This document shows positions 23,620 through 38,050 of a stretch of 64,000 bases of DNA, in pieces; the first letter of the stretch is position 1, and the number at the start of each line of letters is the position of its first letter. Under the pieces are notes generated by a model that ran no database searches, was not told where the DNA came from, and worked only from the letters and a program-made list of their open reading frames with translations. This DNA comes from Octopus sinensis (lineage: Eukaryota): positions 18,042,001-18,106,000 of the forward strand of contig NC_043002.1 in the NCBI RefSeq assembly GCF_006345805.1. The letters run 5' to 3'. The position numbers and the translations under genes were made by a program.

Positions 23620-26090
23620 AACAGAATAGATTCAGACAGGCCACATTTGAGACAGACCAAATAAATAGTGGAGAACGAAGTACTGAAGATATGAAAGCCA
23701 ATGCAGAAGAAGCGAGAAAGTTCAGGAGTCAATCATAATGGAGATGCAGTATGGTTAAAAAAGTGAGCGGAAAAGTAGTGAAAAGCAGCCAGATCTAAGG
23801 CTAATGCCGAATTGGAAGAGCCCAGAACCAGATTTAGTTCAAGGGTATCGGCTACAGAAATGGAGTAGTTTATATGGGAAGTTGAGGGAACAACTTCAGG
23901 ATTGCTTTAATGAAGGAGTAATACCTGACTGGATGAATAAAAGGAGGACAATTCACTTTAAAAACGATAAAAGCAAGGGTAGTATAACTAGGAATTATAG
24001 AGCAATCACTTGCTTACCATTAGTGTGGAAGCTGTTAACAGGAATGCTTTCAGAAGGCTTATACGAGCACCTTAACAATCAAAATTTACTCCAGAAGAAG
24101 AGAAAGGAGGAACGCAAGATTTATTGTACATTGGCAAAGCAGTCCTGGATGAAGTAAAAACTAGAAATAAAAATCTAACAATAGCAAGGATAGATTATAA
24201 GAAAGTCCCACACTCATGGTTAAGCGAATGTTTGAATATTTTCAGTATAGCAGACAACATAAGAGAATGAATTAGCTGTTTCTATGAAGAAATAGATAGT
24301 AGATCTCTACTCAGTTGACACAGTCTTAGGAAAGTTAATATCAAAAGAAGAATTTTCCGAGAGGACTCGTTATCCCCTTTAATATTATTCTTATGTTTGA
24401 TCTTCCTCAGTTTAGTATTAATGAAGGCAAAGGTAGGGTGTCAGTTCAGAAATAGTACGAGAAAAATTAGCCATTTCCCCTACATGGATGATCTGAAGCT
24501 TTTTAGTAAGAGTGAAAAAGAGATAGATTCGTTAATACAGAACGTAAGACTCTTCAGCAAAGATATAGGCATGGAATTTGGCATAGATAAGTGTGAAATA
24601 CTAGTCATGAAAAGGAGACAGGTAATCAGTCAGCAGCGAAGACATTCAAATACCAGATGGCATACATTAAAATCAATGAAAGGAGGAAAGAGTTATCGGT
24701 ACCTAGGAGTATTAGAATCTGACTGACTACTAACTATAGAAATGAAAACGAAAATTGAGGAATACATCAAAAGAGTGAAGAAACTAATGAAGTCAAAGTT
24801 AAATGAACCGACTCTAGTGAAGGCTGTAAATACTTGGGCCTTATCATTACTTAGATACTCAGCAGACAAGAACTAAGGAATTCAATATGAATAGAGGATT
24901 CCACCTCAGGGCAAGAGTAGCAAGATTACCTAGAAACGAAGGCACAGGAGGGTTAATATCAGTAGACAACTGTGTGGAGTTTAAGGCGGCGAGCTGGCAG
25001 AAACGTTAGCACGCCGGGTGAAATGCATAGCCGTATTTCGTCTGCCGCTACGTTCTGAGTTCAAATTCCGCCGAGGTCGACTTTGCCTTTCATCCTTTCG
25101 GGGTCGATAAATTAAGTACCAGTTACGCACTGGGGTCGATATAATCGACTTAGTCCATTTGTCTGTCCTTGTTTGTCCCCTCTATGTTTAGCCCCTTGTG
25201 GGCAATAAAGAAATATGAAAACTGCATGGAGTTAGATAGAGTAGATATTCATTAAGTAGGTAATAGTAAAGAAAGCTTATTAAAAGCTGCTAGAGTCACA
25301 GCAAGACACAGGGAAATCAAAAACCAATCGAAATTTTAAAATGTCACAAAAATGTAACATCTAAGGACGACAGCTGTACCTCTGATCATCGGAGCATTCG
25401 GTTCATACCAAATAACACTCTTGAACACCATACCCAAACACCAGAACATCCAAAAGTAGCAGAACTATAAAGTTTTAAAGAGCGTTCTCATGAATACTGA
25501 CCAAAGACGCCGTCAATTCAAGAGCATCTGATTCTTTTAAATTGTTTCGAAACCACAAATAATTGAACAAAATTTTAACAAAATCTTATTTCTCAGTATT
25601 TGGTCTCATTTCCCTGCAATATATCATTGCTAATCATAAAAAAATACACACAGTAAAGCATCAAACTTGCTATTACATAATGTCTCTTGGAGAGACTTGG
25701 AACAGTACGTATAAAATGCAGCTGCAATACGATTCTCTCGGACTTTCCAGTATACAAGCCGGCAAAAAAAAAATCAAAGCTAATAAGCTGGATATTGTTG
25801 TGAAAGACCAAAGCAACAGTTTGTGTCTTGATCGATGTGAATATTCCTAGTGAATATATCTCGGCAAAAGAATTTGACAAACTCAGAAAATATTATGATT
25901 TACACATTGAAATTGAAAAGCATTTGGCATCTCAAGACTGTTACAATACTAGCGATCGCAGGAGCTCTTAGAATGATCAAATAAGAAACTAAAAATTGTT
26001 TGAGATTGATCTCTGGCTTACTATCCCCGCAGGAAGTGCAAAAGTTTGTTTTAACTGGTACGTCGCACACATAGCGAAGAACATTGCCAC
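23620..26090 (+). mobile_element. Decayed R4/Dong-clade non-LTR retrotransposon (RT + REL endonuclease)
   Basis: NWKSPEPDLVQGY, NYRAITCLPLVWKLLTG, ISHFPYMDDLKLF, FSKDIGMEFGIDKC, YRYLGVLE; later ANKLDIVVKD..AKEFDKLRKY. Many stops and frameshifts. Confidence 0.9.
24985..25215 (+). mobile_element. tRNA-derived SINE inserted in the Dong relic, 17-bp TSD
   Basis: GGCGGCGAGCTGGCAGAA..GAGTTCAAATTCC..GCAATAAAGAAATA; TSD GACAACTGTGTGGAGTT (24965-24981) and GAAAACTGCATGGAGTT (25217-25233). Confidence 0.9.
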
Positions 26091-26264
26091 TGTAAAAAGA
26101 ATTACCGTCTATGTAAATCGTTTTTTTGCATAACTCTATTTGGTGTTGTATATGAACAATCTTGTGTCTTTATTCTAATGGTCTGTCAAGGTATACAGTA
26201 GACTTTTGCCCTAGATGTTGCAAAAACATTCAGTAAGTAATGGAAACAAAATTGAAAGAAGATA

Positions 26265-26419
26265 AAAAAAAATTAAAAGGAGGGACAAGAAGAAGAAGAA
26301 GAAGACAACGAAGAAGTAGTAGAAGAAGAAGAAGAAGAAGACAACGAAGAAGTAGTAGAAGAAGAAGGATAAGTAGAAGAAGAAAAAGAAGAAGAACAAC
26401 AACAACTACAACAACAACA

Positions 26420-26451
<32 letters not shown>

Positions 26452-26556
26452 GAAGAAAAGAAGGAGAAGAAGGAAAAGAAGGAGAAGAACAAGAAGAGAA
26501 GAAGAAGAAGAAGAAGAAAAGAAGAAGAAGAAGAAGAAGAAGAAGAAGACAACAAC

Positions 26557-26590
<34 letters not shown>

Positions 26591-27046
26591 AGGAGGAGGA
26601 GGAAACGAAGAAGGAAAAGAAGGAGAAGAAGGAAAAGAAGAGCGTATACTACTAACGCCTTAGTTGCATTGAGTAAATGAAATTAAAAACGTGTTGGAAA
26701 TGATAGTGATGAAAAGGCTAATAGAGCATATCTACAAAACAGCATCAATTGGGAATCCAAGGAGCGTCTGTAATGATGTGGGAGACTTCAAAAGAAAGTG
26801 GCACCTTAGCTCAGGGAAAGTGAACAGCTGGTAGAGTAATGACACCGCCAACAGCAAGGTGTGATTGCTTGATATAAGGAATGATAAGCATTCTAAAGGA
26901 TTCCTTCAAACAGTAACACTTGTTCATCGACCTTCGCTTCAACTGCATTACCAGACAGCCTGCTCAAATATGATGACGACGACGACCATGCTGATGATGA
27001 GGATGATGATGATGATGATGGCGACGACGACGACGACGACGACGAC

Positions 27047-27087
<41 letters not shown>

Positions 27088-27099
27088 CGACATTGATGA

Positions 27100-27133
<34 letters not shown>

Positions 27134-27420
27134 GGTGGTAGTGGTGGTGGTGGTGGTGGTGGTGGTGGTGGTGGTGACCACGGTGATAATGACGATTATG
27201 TTAATAAGGATGATGACGTCGATGATGATGATGATGATGAAGACGACAACGACGACGACGACGACGACGATGATGGCGACGACGATGATAATGATAAGGA
27301 TGAGGGGGAGGAAGAGGAGGAAGGGGAGGCAGATGAGGAAGGTGAGGAAGGGGAGGAGGAGGATGGCGACTACAACGACGACGACGATGAGGATAATGAT
27401 GATGATGCTGACAATGTCGA
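26265..27420. repeat. Mixed trinucleotide low-complexity region (GAA, GAT, GAC, GGT, AAC)
   Basis: Direct reading; ~300 bp of unique sequence at 26650-26960. Confidence 0.9.
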
Positions 27421-28169
27421 AGATGATTATGATAATGATTTCAAGTTTTGTCACAAGGCCAGCATATTTTGGGGAACAGATTAAGTAGATTAGTAGAGGT
27501 CATCATCTGATATTTATTTTATCAACTGCGGAAGGATGAAAGGCAAAGTTTCGGCGGAATGCGAACTCAGAAAGCAAAACGGATGAAGTACCGCTAAGCA
27601 TTTTGCTCAGAATGATAACAAAGGTGAGAACGATAATAATAATAATAATAAGAAGAAGAAGAAGAAGAAGAAGAAGAACAACAACAACAACAACAACACA
27701 ACAACAACAACAAGATCAAGAACAAGACGAAGAAGAAGAAGAAGAACAACAACAACAACAACGACAACAACGATAATAACAGCAGTAACAGCTACAAGAA
27801 TCGTAACCGCCAGAAATGTTGTTTTTATTGTCAATATTAATATCAGAACTTTTCTATTTATTATGAAAAAGCTACTCATTCGCGCGCCCCCACCACCACC
27901 ACCACCAGCCTTTGCATCGAGATTATAGAAGAGAAAATTGTTGAATAATTCTTCCGATTCGAGTGCTGTTATAATGCTAGCTCTATGAAATACTGTATGA
28001 ATGAATCAGCACTCTCTCCACCTGTAAAATATATTCTACGATGGCCGTTCTAAAGTTGGCATCACATTGAAGACGGACACCAGTAAACTGCTTCAAACAC
28101 GAAACTATGCGCCGCACTCGCCATCTTTACGGTCACTAGTGACACTGTCGAGCAGCAACTTCAAAATAT

Positions 28170-29160
28170 ATAACCACAACCACCACCACCACCAGCATCA
28201 CTAATGCCACCACCATCACTAACATTCCGACCTTCATCGCTAACACCACCACCACCACTACCACCATCACTTACATCACGACCGCCATCACTAACGCCAC
28301 AACCATCTTTAACGCCACCACCACCTGCACTAACGCCGCCGCCACCACCATCATGGTATATACGGCTACCTCCTCCATAATCACAAACACAACCACCACC
28401 ATAGCTAACACCACCATCACCACCACCGCCACCACCATCATTTACAACACGACCACCATCACTAATGCCACCACCACATCACTAACGCCTGCGCCACCAC
28501 CACCACCATCATGGTATATACGGCCAATACCTCCAGCGTCACTAACGCAACCACACCATAGCTAACACCACCATCACCACCACCGCCACCACCATCATTT
28601 ACAACACGACCACCATCACTAATGCCACCACCACATCACTAACGCCTGCGCCACCAACACCACCATCATGGTATATACGGCCAATACCTCCAGCGTCACT
28701 AACGCAACCACACCATAGCTAACACCACCATCACCACCACCACTACCACCAAGACTAACACTATCAGCACCATCGGTTTACACAACCACTCCACCACTAT
28801 TGCAAACACAAGCACCACCACAATCATTAACACAACCACCCACACCGCTAACACCACCACCAACACTAACACCAGTCTCACTAACACCGACATCACTAAC
28901 GCCACCACGACCATCATAGCTAACACCGCCACCACCATCATTAACACCACCAGCGCCATCTTTAACACCGCCACCATCACCATCACATCACCGCTACCAC
29001 GACTATCACTAACACCACCATCGCTAACACCACCACAACCTTCACTAACGCTAGCGCTATCCTCAACTGTATCACTTCCATCTCTAACGCCACCGCCTTC
29101 CCCATCATTAACACTTCCAACAACCGTCACCATAGCTACCATAGCCGACTCCGATACCAC
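28170..29160. repeat. ACC/ACT-rich degenerate repeat containing a ~158-bp minisatellite (about 2.5 units)
   Basis: CATGGTATATACGG recurs at 28352, 28510 and 28667. Confidence 0.85.
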
Positions 29161-29394
29161 ACAACCATTACTGCAGTTCCTGTATATGATACTGTTGCAG
29201 CTTTAGTCTCTTAACATCTTCATTACCGTTATGGCGGTGGTAATAATACTGTCACGGAGAAGCAAGCAATCACCAACCAATACCGGCAGACAGATACGTC
29301 AATGGTATTGTAGCTACTGTATGATGGCTAATTTCAAAAGCGCCGACGTAATTATCGATATAAGAGCTACCATCATCACCGTCATCATCGTCAA

Positions 29395-30494
<1,100 letters not shown>

Positions 30495-31419
30495 TGTTCA
30501 TCATAATCACAGCAAACCATCATTTTCATCATCTTCACCACCACCACCACCACCACCACTATCACTTTCATCATATTCGTCGTCATCAGCCTCATCATCA
30601 TCACCAACATCCTCATCTCCGCCCCTACCATTTTCATCATTATCATCATCACCACCACTCCCTCCACATCACCATTACCTTCCTCCTCCTCCACTTCGAT
30701 ATCATCATCATCATCATCATTATCATCATCTTTATCAATACCAGCACCACCCGCATGTTCTTTATCATCATCATCATCATCGTCATCAACAACATCAATT
30801 TACAATGACCACACCATTTTCATCGTCCTGATAGTCTTCCACTCATCAATCATCATTATCATCATCATCATCATCTTCATCATCAATGTCGTTTATTTAG
30901 AACTACAACCACAACGCGCATCAATTAAACAGATGTGTGCACACGATGCAAAGAAATCTAAGTGCTTTTATTTGTATTCACACAAAAGTGATCAGTAAAG
31001 AATAGAGAGACCACGAGACGAAAAGCAACTGTTGCCGCTGAAACCAGGAATCACTTTAAACAAACAGAAAGAATAGAAAACACTTCTTCGCCACCACCAC
31101 AACTTCTTACTCAAACTTTATAGATGAGAGCAGAGGTCGCCTAGGAGTGCCAAAAATTGCTTACCATCCAGCTAAAGTATAGATTCAATGTTCGGTTGAA
31201 GTAGATTTATATGACAATAGTACGACATGTGTAAAAGAGAGACTCACGTTAGCCATCCACTACTGTATCGGTTTCTCATTCCTATAGAGAACAAAACCAG
31301 TTATCTAAACATGAGCTGAATAAAGTAAACCATCCAGAAGAGGAGCCTTCACACTTATTATTATTATTATTATTGGGAGTTTTAAATTGTTTAATTGTTA
31401 ATCGATATATTGTTTAAAA

Positions 31420-31560
31420 AGAAAGTTTACGAAAATAAACAAAAGACGAAGGCAGGTGGTGTACAAACAAACAAATGTATTAGTATAGCACTCAGGAATA
31501 GAAAAAGCATTTTACGTTTCGAGCCTACGCTCTTCCACAGAAAGATACACGGAAAAAAAC
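31420..31560 (-). mobile_element. Second Penelope-like terminal repeat with degenerate hammerhead motif
   Basis: Minus strand TCTTT CTGTGGA A GAGC-GTAG-GCTC GAAA CG TA AAATG (31545-31508); the downstream part matches 11404-11497. Confidence 0.55.
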
Positions 31561-31667
31561 AAGGAGAGAAAAAATGCGTGTAGTTTACACGTTTTTCTCT
31601 TTTATGTTGTATGCGTTTCAATGTAATTGTTTGTAAGCCCTGTGGCCAATAAACGAATTTATCATTA

Positions 31668-31703
<36 letters not shown>

Positions 31704-31739
31704 TATTATTATTATTATCATTATCATCATTATTATTAT

Positions 31740-31798
<59 letters not shown>

Positions 31799-31949
31799 TA
31801 TTAGGCACAGGAGTGGTTGTGAGATAAGTAGCATTTTTTTCATGCTGCTTGGAAGTCACGTCTTTCGACGTGAAAAATTGAACATTTGAAGCACGACTGC
31901 AAGTAGGCGTACGTTGTATGGGGGGGGGGGGCTTAGTGGAGTTTGTTGT

Positions 31950-32995
31950 CTTGTAACTAAACATTTTTGTTGAGCAATAGTTTCCACTCTGCTCCAGACA
32001 TTTGTCTGCCTGTGGTCCTGCAAAAAGACTCACTTTGCTGTGAGAATTGTGTTTTGGAGAGACGTATTCCCTCCGGAAAAAAGTTTTTGTTTGTGAAAAT
32101 TGTCTTTGTTTGACTGTGTTCGCGCCCTGGAAGTTCCATTGGATTTAGCACAGGCAAGGAGTACGAAGACAGCAAGAATTAATTTTTGTGCTGCGACGGT
32201 GAACTGGGGTACCTGTATACTTGTGGATTACTTATAGACCAGGATTACCGGAGTGACGGAATTGTGTTGCCGTGAATCGAACTGTCTTCCTTCGTTCTTT
32301 TCTCTGCTCTGTCTTTCTATTCTTTTTTTTGTGTTTTTTTTATTGAACTTTTATCTGGAATATTTGAACTTTGTGTTGAACATTTTTCTTTCTGTTTTTG
32401 CAAGCATGGCAACAAAGAAAGCTACTGTACTGGAGTGGGAAATTTTACCCCCTAGGCAGTGGATAAAGGACCTTAATGAGAGAATGGTGGTGTTGAGGAC
32501 ATATTCCAAGTCCGTCGACACCATCACTGTGTTCCCTTAAGTCGATATAGAGAAAGAGTTGGCAGAATACCTGCCAACTCTCAAGTTTATTGCAAGGGGT
32601 GTCAAATTTGCAACAGTGTGGTTGTTATTTGACATCCCTGAGGAGGCTCACAATTTCGCGAGCCAGCCCCTGGAAGGGGAAAAAATTTTGTTTCTCCCCA
32701 CATATCGTGGGAGGAAATTGAAGAGCCTGGATGAGTGGGCTGCCACCCGGAATAGAACCCGAGAGGATAGAGGACACATCCGCCGGGGTCTGGGAGCAGC
32801 GGAGCCAGGCTCTTAAATGTTAAAATGCTTCCTGTGGCTGATTGGGTGGGGTCGAAAGCAATTTTGACCCTATGGACCCAATCAACCAATGATCTGGTTT
32901 TTCTAGATTTCCTCAAGATAGCCGGTTCTAGGTATCCGGTGATTCTTGAGGGACGCCCACCCCCAAGTGTCACCTGAGCATGGAATCGGGCTGCA
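31950..32995 (+). mobile_element. 5'UTR and ORF1 relic of a Tx1/L1-like LINE
   Basis: From ATG at 32406: MATKKATVLEWE..LKFIARGVKFATVWLLFDIPEEAHNFASQPLEGEKILFLPTYRGRK, and later YPVILEGRPP preceding a decayed zinc-knuckle position; stops and frameshifts. Confidence 0.55.
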
Positions 32996-34231
32996 TAAAG
33001 AATAAGAGCTCCCTATTATTATTGTTGTTGTTGAGTTAAAATTTCGTCGTAGTTAACTTTGCCTTGTACCTTTAGTAGAAACGATTATTATTATTATTAT
33101 CAGTAATTTTAATACGCCAATTTGCTTTTTGTATGTACTTGACGCGTGTGTCACGCTCAAGTGAAAGAAACTGTTGAAGAAATTTTGTTGCTTAAATAAA
33201 AGAGACTTTTCTGGAAGAGATTTGAAACGACCACCTACGTGTTGTATTACTACTTCTCAACACCCATGCCTTCTGGGTCACCGAATCAGTCACGAGCTTT
33301 ATGAGAAAAGATAGAATTTGACGCGTGTCGAGCAAGGAAGAGAAGTAAAAGAGAAAGTGTGTGAGAGAGAGCGACTGATAGGTATTTAAATACTTTTCTG
33401 TTAAAGGCCCAACCACACACGCACACATATATACATTGTTTTTTTTTTTGGTATTCTACTCATCTGAATTCGGCCATACACCAGATAACATGTTAAGTCA
33501 TATGTTCCGAAATTCAAATTTTTTTTTTTAATTATAAAATTACGCCTCAGCTATAAAACATTTTTTAAACTTTCGGTTGCATCTAATTCTTTCTCTTTCT
33601 ATATTTTTTGTTAAGTTACCATTTCTCTGTTTTGGTAAGGATTTTCCAATTTCTTTTTTCTAGTATCAAGTAATGGACAAAATCATTAAAAGAATCACAG
33701 AGCCAAGCAAAATCAAAAATATTAATTCTATTTTTCCCTTTCCTTATTACTAGCGAGCGCATAATATGGGAAAGATTTGGCTGTTATTTCTAGCAAACTG
33801 AACAACCAGACAGTCGTTCACTTGGCTCATTTGTTAATGTGTGTGTGTGTGCGATAAGTGTCGCGTGGTGGAAATAAACGCAACTTTCTCTTAATTCTTT
33901 TGTTTTTTTAGAATTTCTCTGTTTTGGTCAGGATTTTTCCAATTTCTGTTTTTCTTGTATCAGGTAATTGACGAAAGCATTAAAAAAATTAAATTCATAG
34001 TGCTGAACAAAATCAAAAATATTAATTCTATTTTTTTTGCCTTTACTTTTTACTTTTCTACTATATAATTAATTACCGTATCCTATATACTGTGACCTTG
34101 CATATTAGGTATTTCAGAAATATTTTCATCTTTTAAACAAAAACCGTCTGATGCATTCGTATATGTTTTTCAATTGAAACTCTCTGGAGATTTAATGTCT
34201 TAATAACAAGTTTTGAAATGTGGATAATCGC

Positions 34232-34531
34232 ATGAGGGGTGCAGCGCGAGAACGATTTCGGGAGGAACAGCAAGACGAAATAAGGAATCAAAATCGCGCG
34301 AGGATGAGATAGAGAAGAAGCGAAATAAGCCAGGAGGAGAGGAAGCGAATCCTACGGCATAGGAGGGAAATATATCAGCAAAAGATAGAACAAAGGAGCC
34401 AGCACCAAAGAGATGTGTATTTTCAAAATCAGAGATATAGAGCTCAACAGAATCGAGAATACATGAGTCAAGAGCAAAGGCAGCTGTACTTGCAAAACAT
34501 TAGAAGCAGAGCTGGATCTCTTTCGGCATAG
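34232..34531 (+). pseudogene. R/E/Q-rich repeat-protein relic resembling the N-terminus of Helitron Rep/Hel proteins
   Basis: MRGAARERFREEQQDEIRNQNRARMR*RRSEISQEERKRILRHRRE..YMSQEQRQLYLQNIRSR; one internal stop in ~100 codons. Confidence 0.4.
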
Positions 34532-34649
34532 AAGCAAATAAGAAAATTATGTGTTTGTTTTAAAATTTGAGTTTACGTAAGACAATATTTCACGTGGGAT
34601 ATGGGCAGTTCCCATGAGCACTATCTTTTGAATTTCTGCCATTTTTGCT

Positions 34650-34880
34650 ATGTGTTTGTGTGTGTGTGTCTGTGTGTCTCTGTTTGTCTCCCGACACCAC
34701 TAAACAACTAATTTGGGTGCGTTTAACTCCTGATAACTTGTCGGTTCGGCAAAACGGCCCGATAGAATAAGTAGCAGCTTTCAAAAATATACAAAAAATA
34801 CGTACTGGTGTCGATTCATTCGACTAAAGATTCTTCGGAGTAGTGCCCCGGCACATAATGACTGAAAAAAGGAAAAGTTA
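34650..34880 (+). mobile_element. 3' half of the abundant ~500-bp SINE family
   Basis: TGTTTGTCTCCC..GGTTCGGCAAAACGGCCCGATAGAATAAGTA..GTCGATTCATTCGACTAAAG matches 51400-51610. Confidence 0.7.
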
Positions 34881-35063
34881 CAAGTAGTAGTAGTAGTAGT
34901 GGTGGTGGTGGTGGTGGTGGTGGTGGTGGTGGTGGTGGTGGTGGTAGTGGTGGTGGTGGTGGTGGTGGTGGTAGTAATAGTGGTAGTAGTAGTTATGCTG
35001 GTAGTGGTGATGATGGTGGTGGTGGTAGTAATAGTGGTAGTGGTGGTGGTGGTAGTAATAGTG

Positions 35064-35096
<33 letters not shown>

Positions 35097-36044
35097 ATAC
35101 TAGCAATAATAGTGTTAGTGGTGGTGGTGGTGGTAATAGTAGTAATAGTAGTAGTAATTCTATTTTTAGCGAAAATTCAACGCTGTCCCCTATGCATTGC
35201 TTACGAGCAGTGTATTGCTTTCTGTTTGTCTTTTCCGAGTCTATTATAAACAATACATTACATGGCATAGCATGATCAGTATTTCATAGCAATATTTGCT
35301 AAATGCTGTACATCTATAAGCTCTGATATATAACTCCTTTATATTTTTGTTCACCTATTATTATGGAAATCGGTTTTGTTTTCATTCTGCACATTCTGGT
35401 TATCTCTATTTCCTGCTCTTTATATTCGAATAGACCCACCATCTCTTTCATAAATATATTGCCGACCTATTCAGAGTGATACATCGATTAAATGACAAAT
35501 ATTTTACTGTTTTCCTATGATAATATCTAGTTGTTTTGTCTTAATCCTTCTCAAGTTATGAATTGACATGTCTCAGATTATGGTCTCTTTGTCTTTAGCT
35601 AAATTCGCTGAAGCTTTTTGTCTACGTGTTTCTGCTGTCATTTTTCTGTAGTTATTGCATAATATGTTGCTATAGTTTACAGTTTATCAAAGATCCCTCA
35701 CTGTTGAGTATGTATCTATACGTGCGTATACACATAAGCATGCACACACACAAACACAGAGATACCTGAACAGGAGTTTTGTGATAAGTTTCAGTAGTCG
35801 TGGATCAGTTTTAGTATAAGAGGTTACACGAGCTCAAACAACTGAGTAATAACCAAGTGTTTGAACGCTATATCGGTGTGTCTGCGTAGAATCATTGCAT
35901 ATGTATGTATATATATGAGGATAGAAAACTCCGAATGACCCGTCCTTGTTTTTCTTGTATCGGCTTTTCGCTCTTGTCCCATTTTTGTATTTTTATATAT
36001 AAAAATATAGCGGTGTACGTACACTTTGGTCTCTTATATGAAAG

Positions 36045-36157
<113 letters not shown>

Positions 36158-36416
36158 ATACATATACATTCACTGCTTTTTCCATAGAATCTAATGCACT
36201 TAGCTTAGTTTTTCCTTGGGGCTGGCCAGATTCGAGCAATCTCGAGTGTAACCAGCCGAAATAGCAAAGATAATCTGGAACTTGACTGAGGATAGAAAAC
36301 TCCGAATGACCCGTCCTTGTTTTCTTTGTATCGTCTCTCTCGATGTTTTGTTGTCTCTTTTTTCTATCACCAAACTGTCTGGATGTTTTGCGTTCTTATC
36401 CCAATCTGTATACATA

Positions 36417-38050
36417 CAGTTGCGGCTAAAATGTTCAGAACGGCATTGTTTTTGTCAGAAAAGTAGGTATACGTTTTTATCAAAGTTGTTTTATATTATA
36501 TAATTTTCACAGACAATAAATACGATATTATTTGTTATTGCATGAGATTTTGGTGTAATTTGAGAGGATAATACAAAAGTTATGGAAGATTTAGTGATTT
36601 ACTGCAAAACCCATGGCGGCCAGAATGATCAGAACAGTTGCTTTTACTCCGTGTTTTAGTATATTTAACCGGTGAACTCTAATGTTTTGAACTTGTTTAC
36701 TTGACGGTTCGTTTACTAAACATTAGTAAGAATATCTGCAGTGTACTTTGTTAATATAATGCCACTTACTCCGTTAACAATTCGTCAGCAGATTATTAAG
36801 CTTCGAAAGAAGGATAATTTAAGTATTGGGTCTATTGCAATGATTGTTAGCAAGTGAAAAAGTGTTGTTCACGGTATTCTTAAGGTATACGATGATTGTA
36901 GTTCGTGTGAAGCAAGAAAGTTTACAGGTAGGCCAAGAAAAACGACCAAGAGAGAAGATCGTGCTATGGTAAAGTTGGTTAAAAAGGACAGATTTAAAAC
37001 TGCTGCTGCTGTTTCTCGGGAAATGAGCATTGTACTGAAGAAAACTTTATCTCGAAAAACTGTGTCTCGTCGTTTAGTTGAATATGACCTAGAAGCAAGA
37101 GCACCTGCAGTGAAGCCACTGATCAGCTCCAAGAATAAAAAGTGTCGTCTTACCTTTGCAACCGAACATGTGTTGTGGTCTCAAGAAAAATGACAAACGG
37201 TGCATTTCCGTGATGATTCTAAGTTTATGTTATTTGGCTCAGATGGGAAAAGTGTCTTCTACTGTTCGTCGAAAAGTAGGTGAAAAATTGTCGCCTAAAT
37301 GCCTTAAGACTAGTGTTAAATTCGGTGGAGGAAGTGTCATGGTTTGGAGGATGATATCTGGAGATGGTGTGGGCCCTTTTGTGCGATTACATGGAAAGGT
37401 AAATGCAGGAGTTTATAAACAACTTGTAAAAGATTATGTCTTGCCTGTGCTGAGAAATTCAACTAAGCGACCACCCATATTCATGCAGGACAATGCCCCA
37501 TGTCACAAGGCTAAGGTGGACATGAACTTTCTTAAGGCTGAAAAGATTATTGTTATGGATTGGCCTGCTCAAAGCCCAGATCTCAATCCTATTGAAAATG
37601 TGTGGAATATTCTAGGAGAACGTTCGAAAGCCAGAAATCCTAAAACAACCGAGCAATTATGGAATGCCATTAGGGAAGAATGAAATAAGATCACCCAGCA
37701 ATAAAGTGAAAATTTAATTTCCTCATGCAGTCGAAGATGTCAAAGTGTGATTGAAGCTAAAGGGCTTCACACTAAATATTAAATAATTCCAGTATTCTTT
37801 GTCATTTTTGATTATTTTGTTATTTTTCTCAACCGTTCTGATCATTTTGGCCGCAATGGGTTTTGCAGTAAATCACCAAATCATCCATAACTTTTGTATT
37901 ATCCTCTCGAATTACACCAAAATCTCAGACAATAATAGGTAATATTGTATTTATTGTCTGTGAAAATTATAGAATATTAAAAAAATTTGATAAAAATTTA
38001 TACCTATTTTTCTGACGAAAACAATGCCGTTCTGAATATTTTGGCCGCAA

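Noticed and set aside
33079-33330. Two TTGACGCGTGT motifs as regulatory sites
   Set aside because: Two short matches with no promoter context are not enough support.
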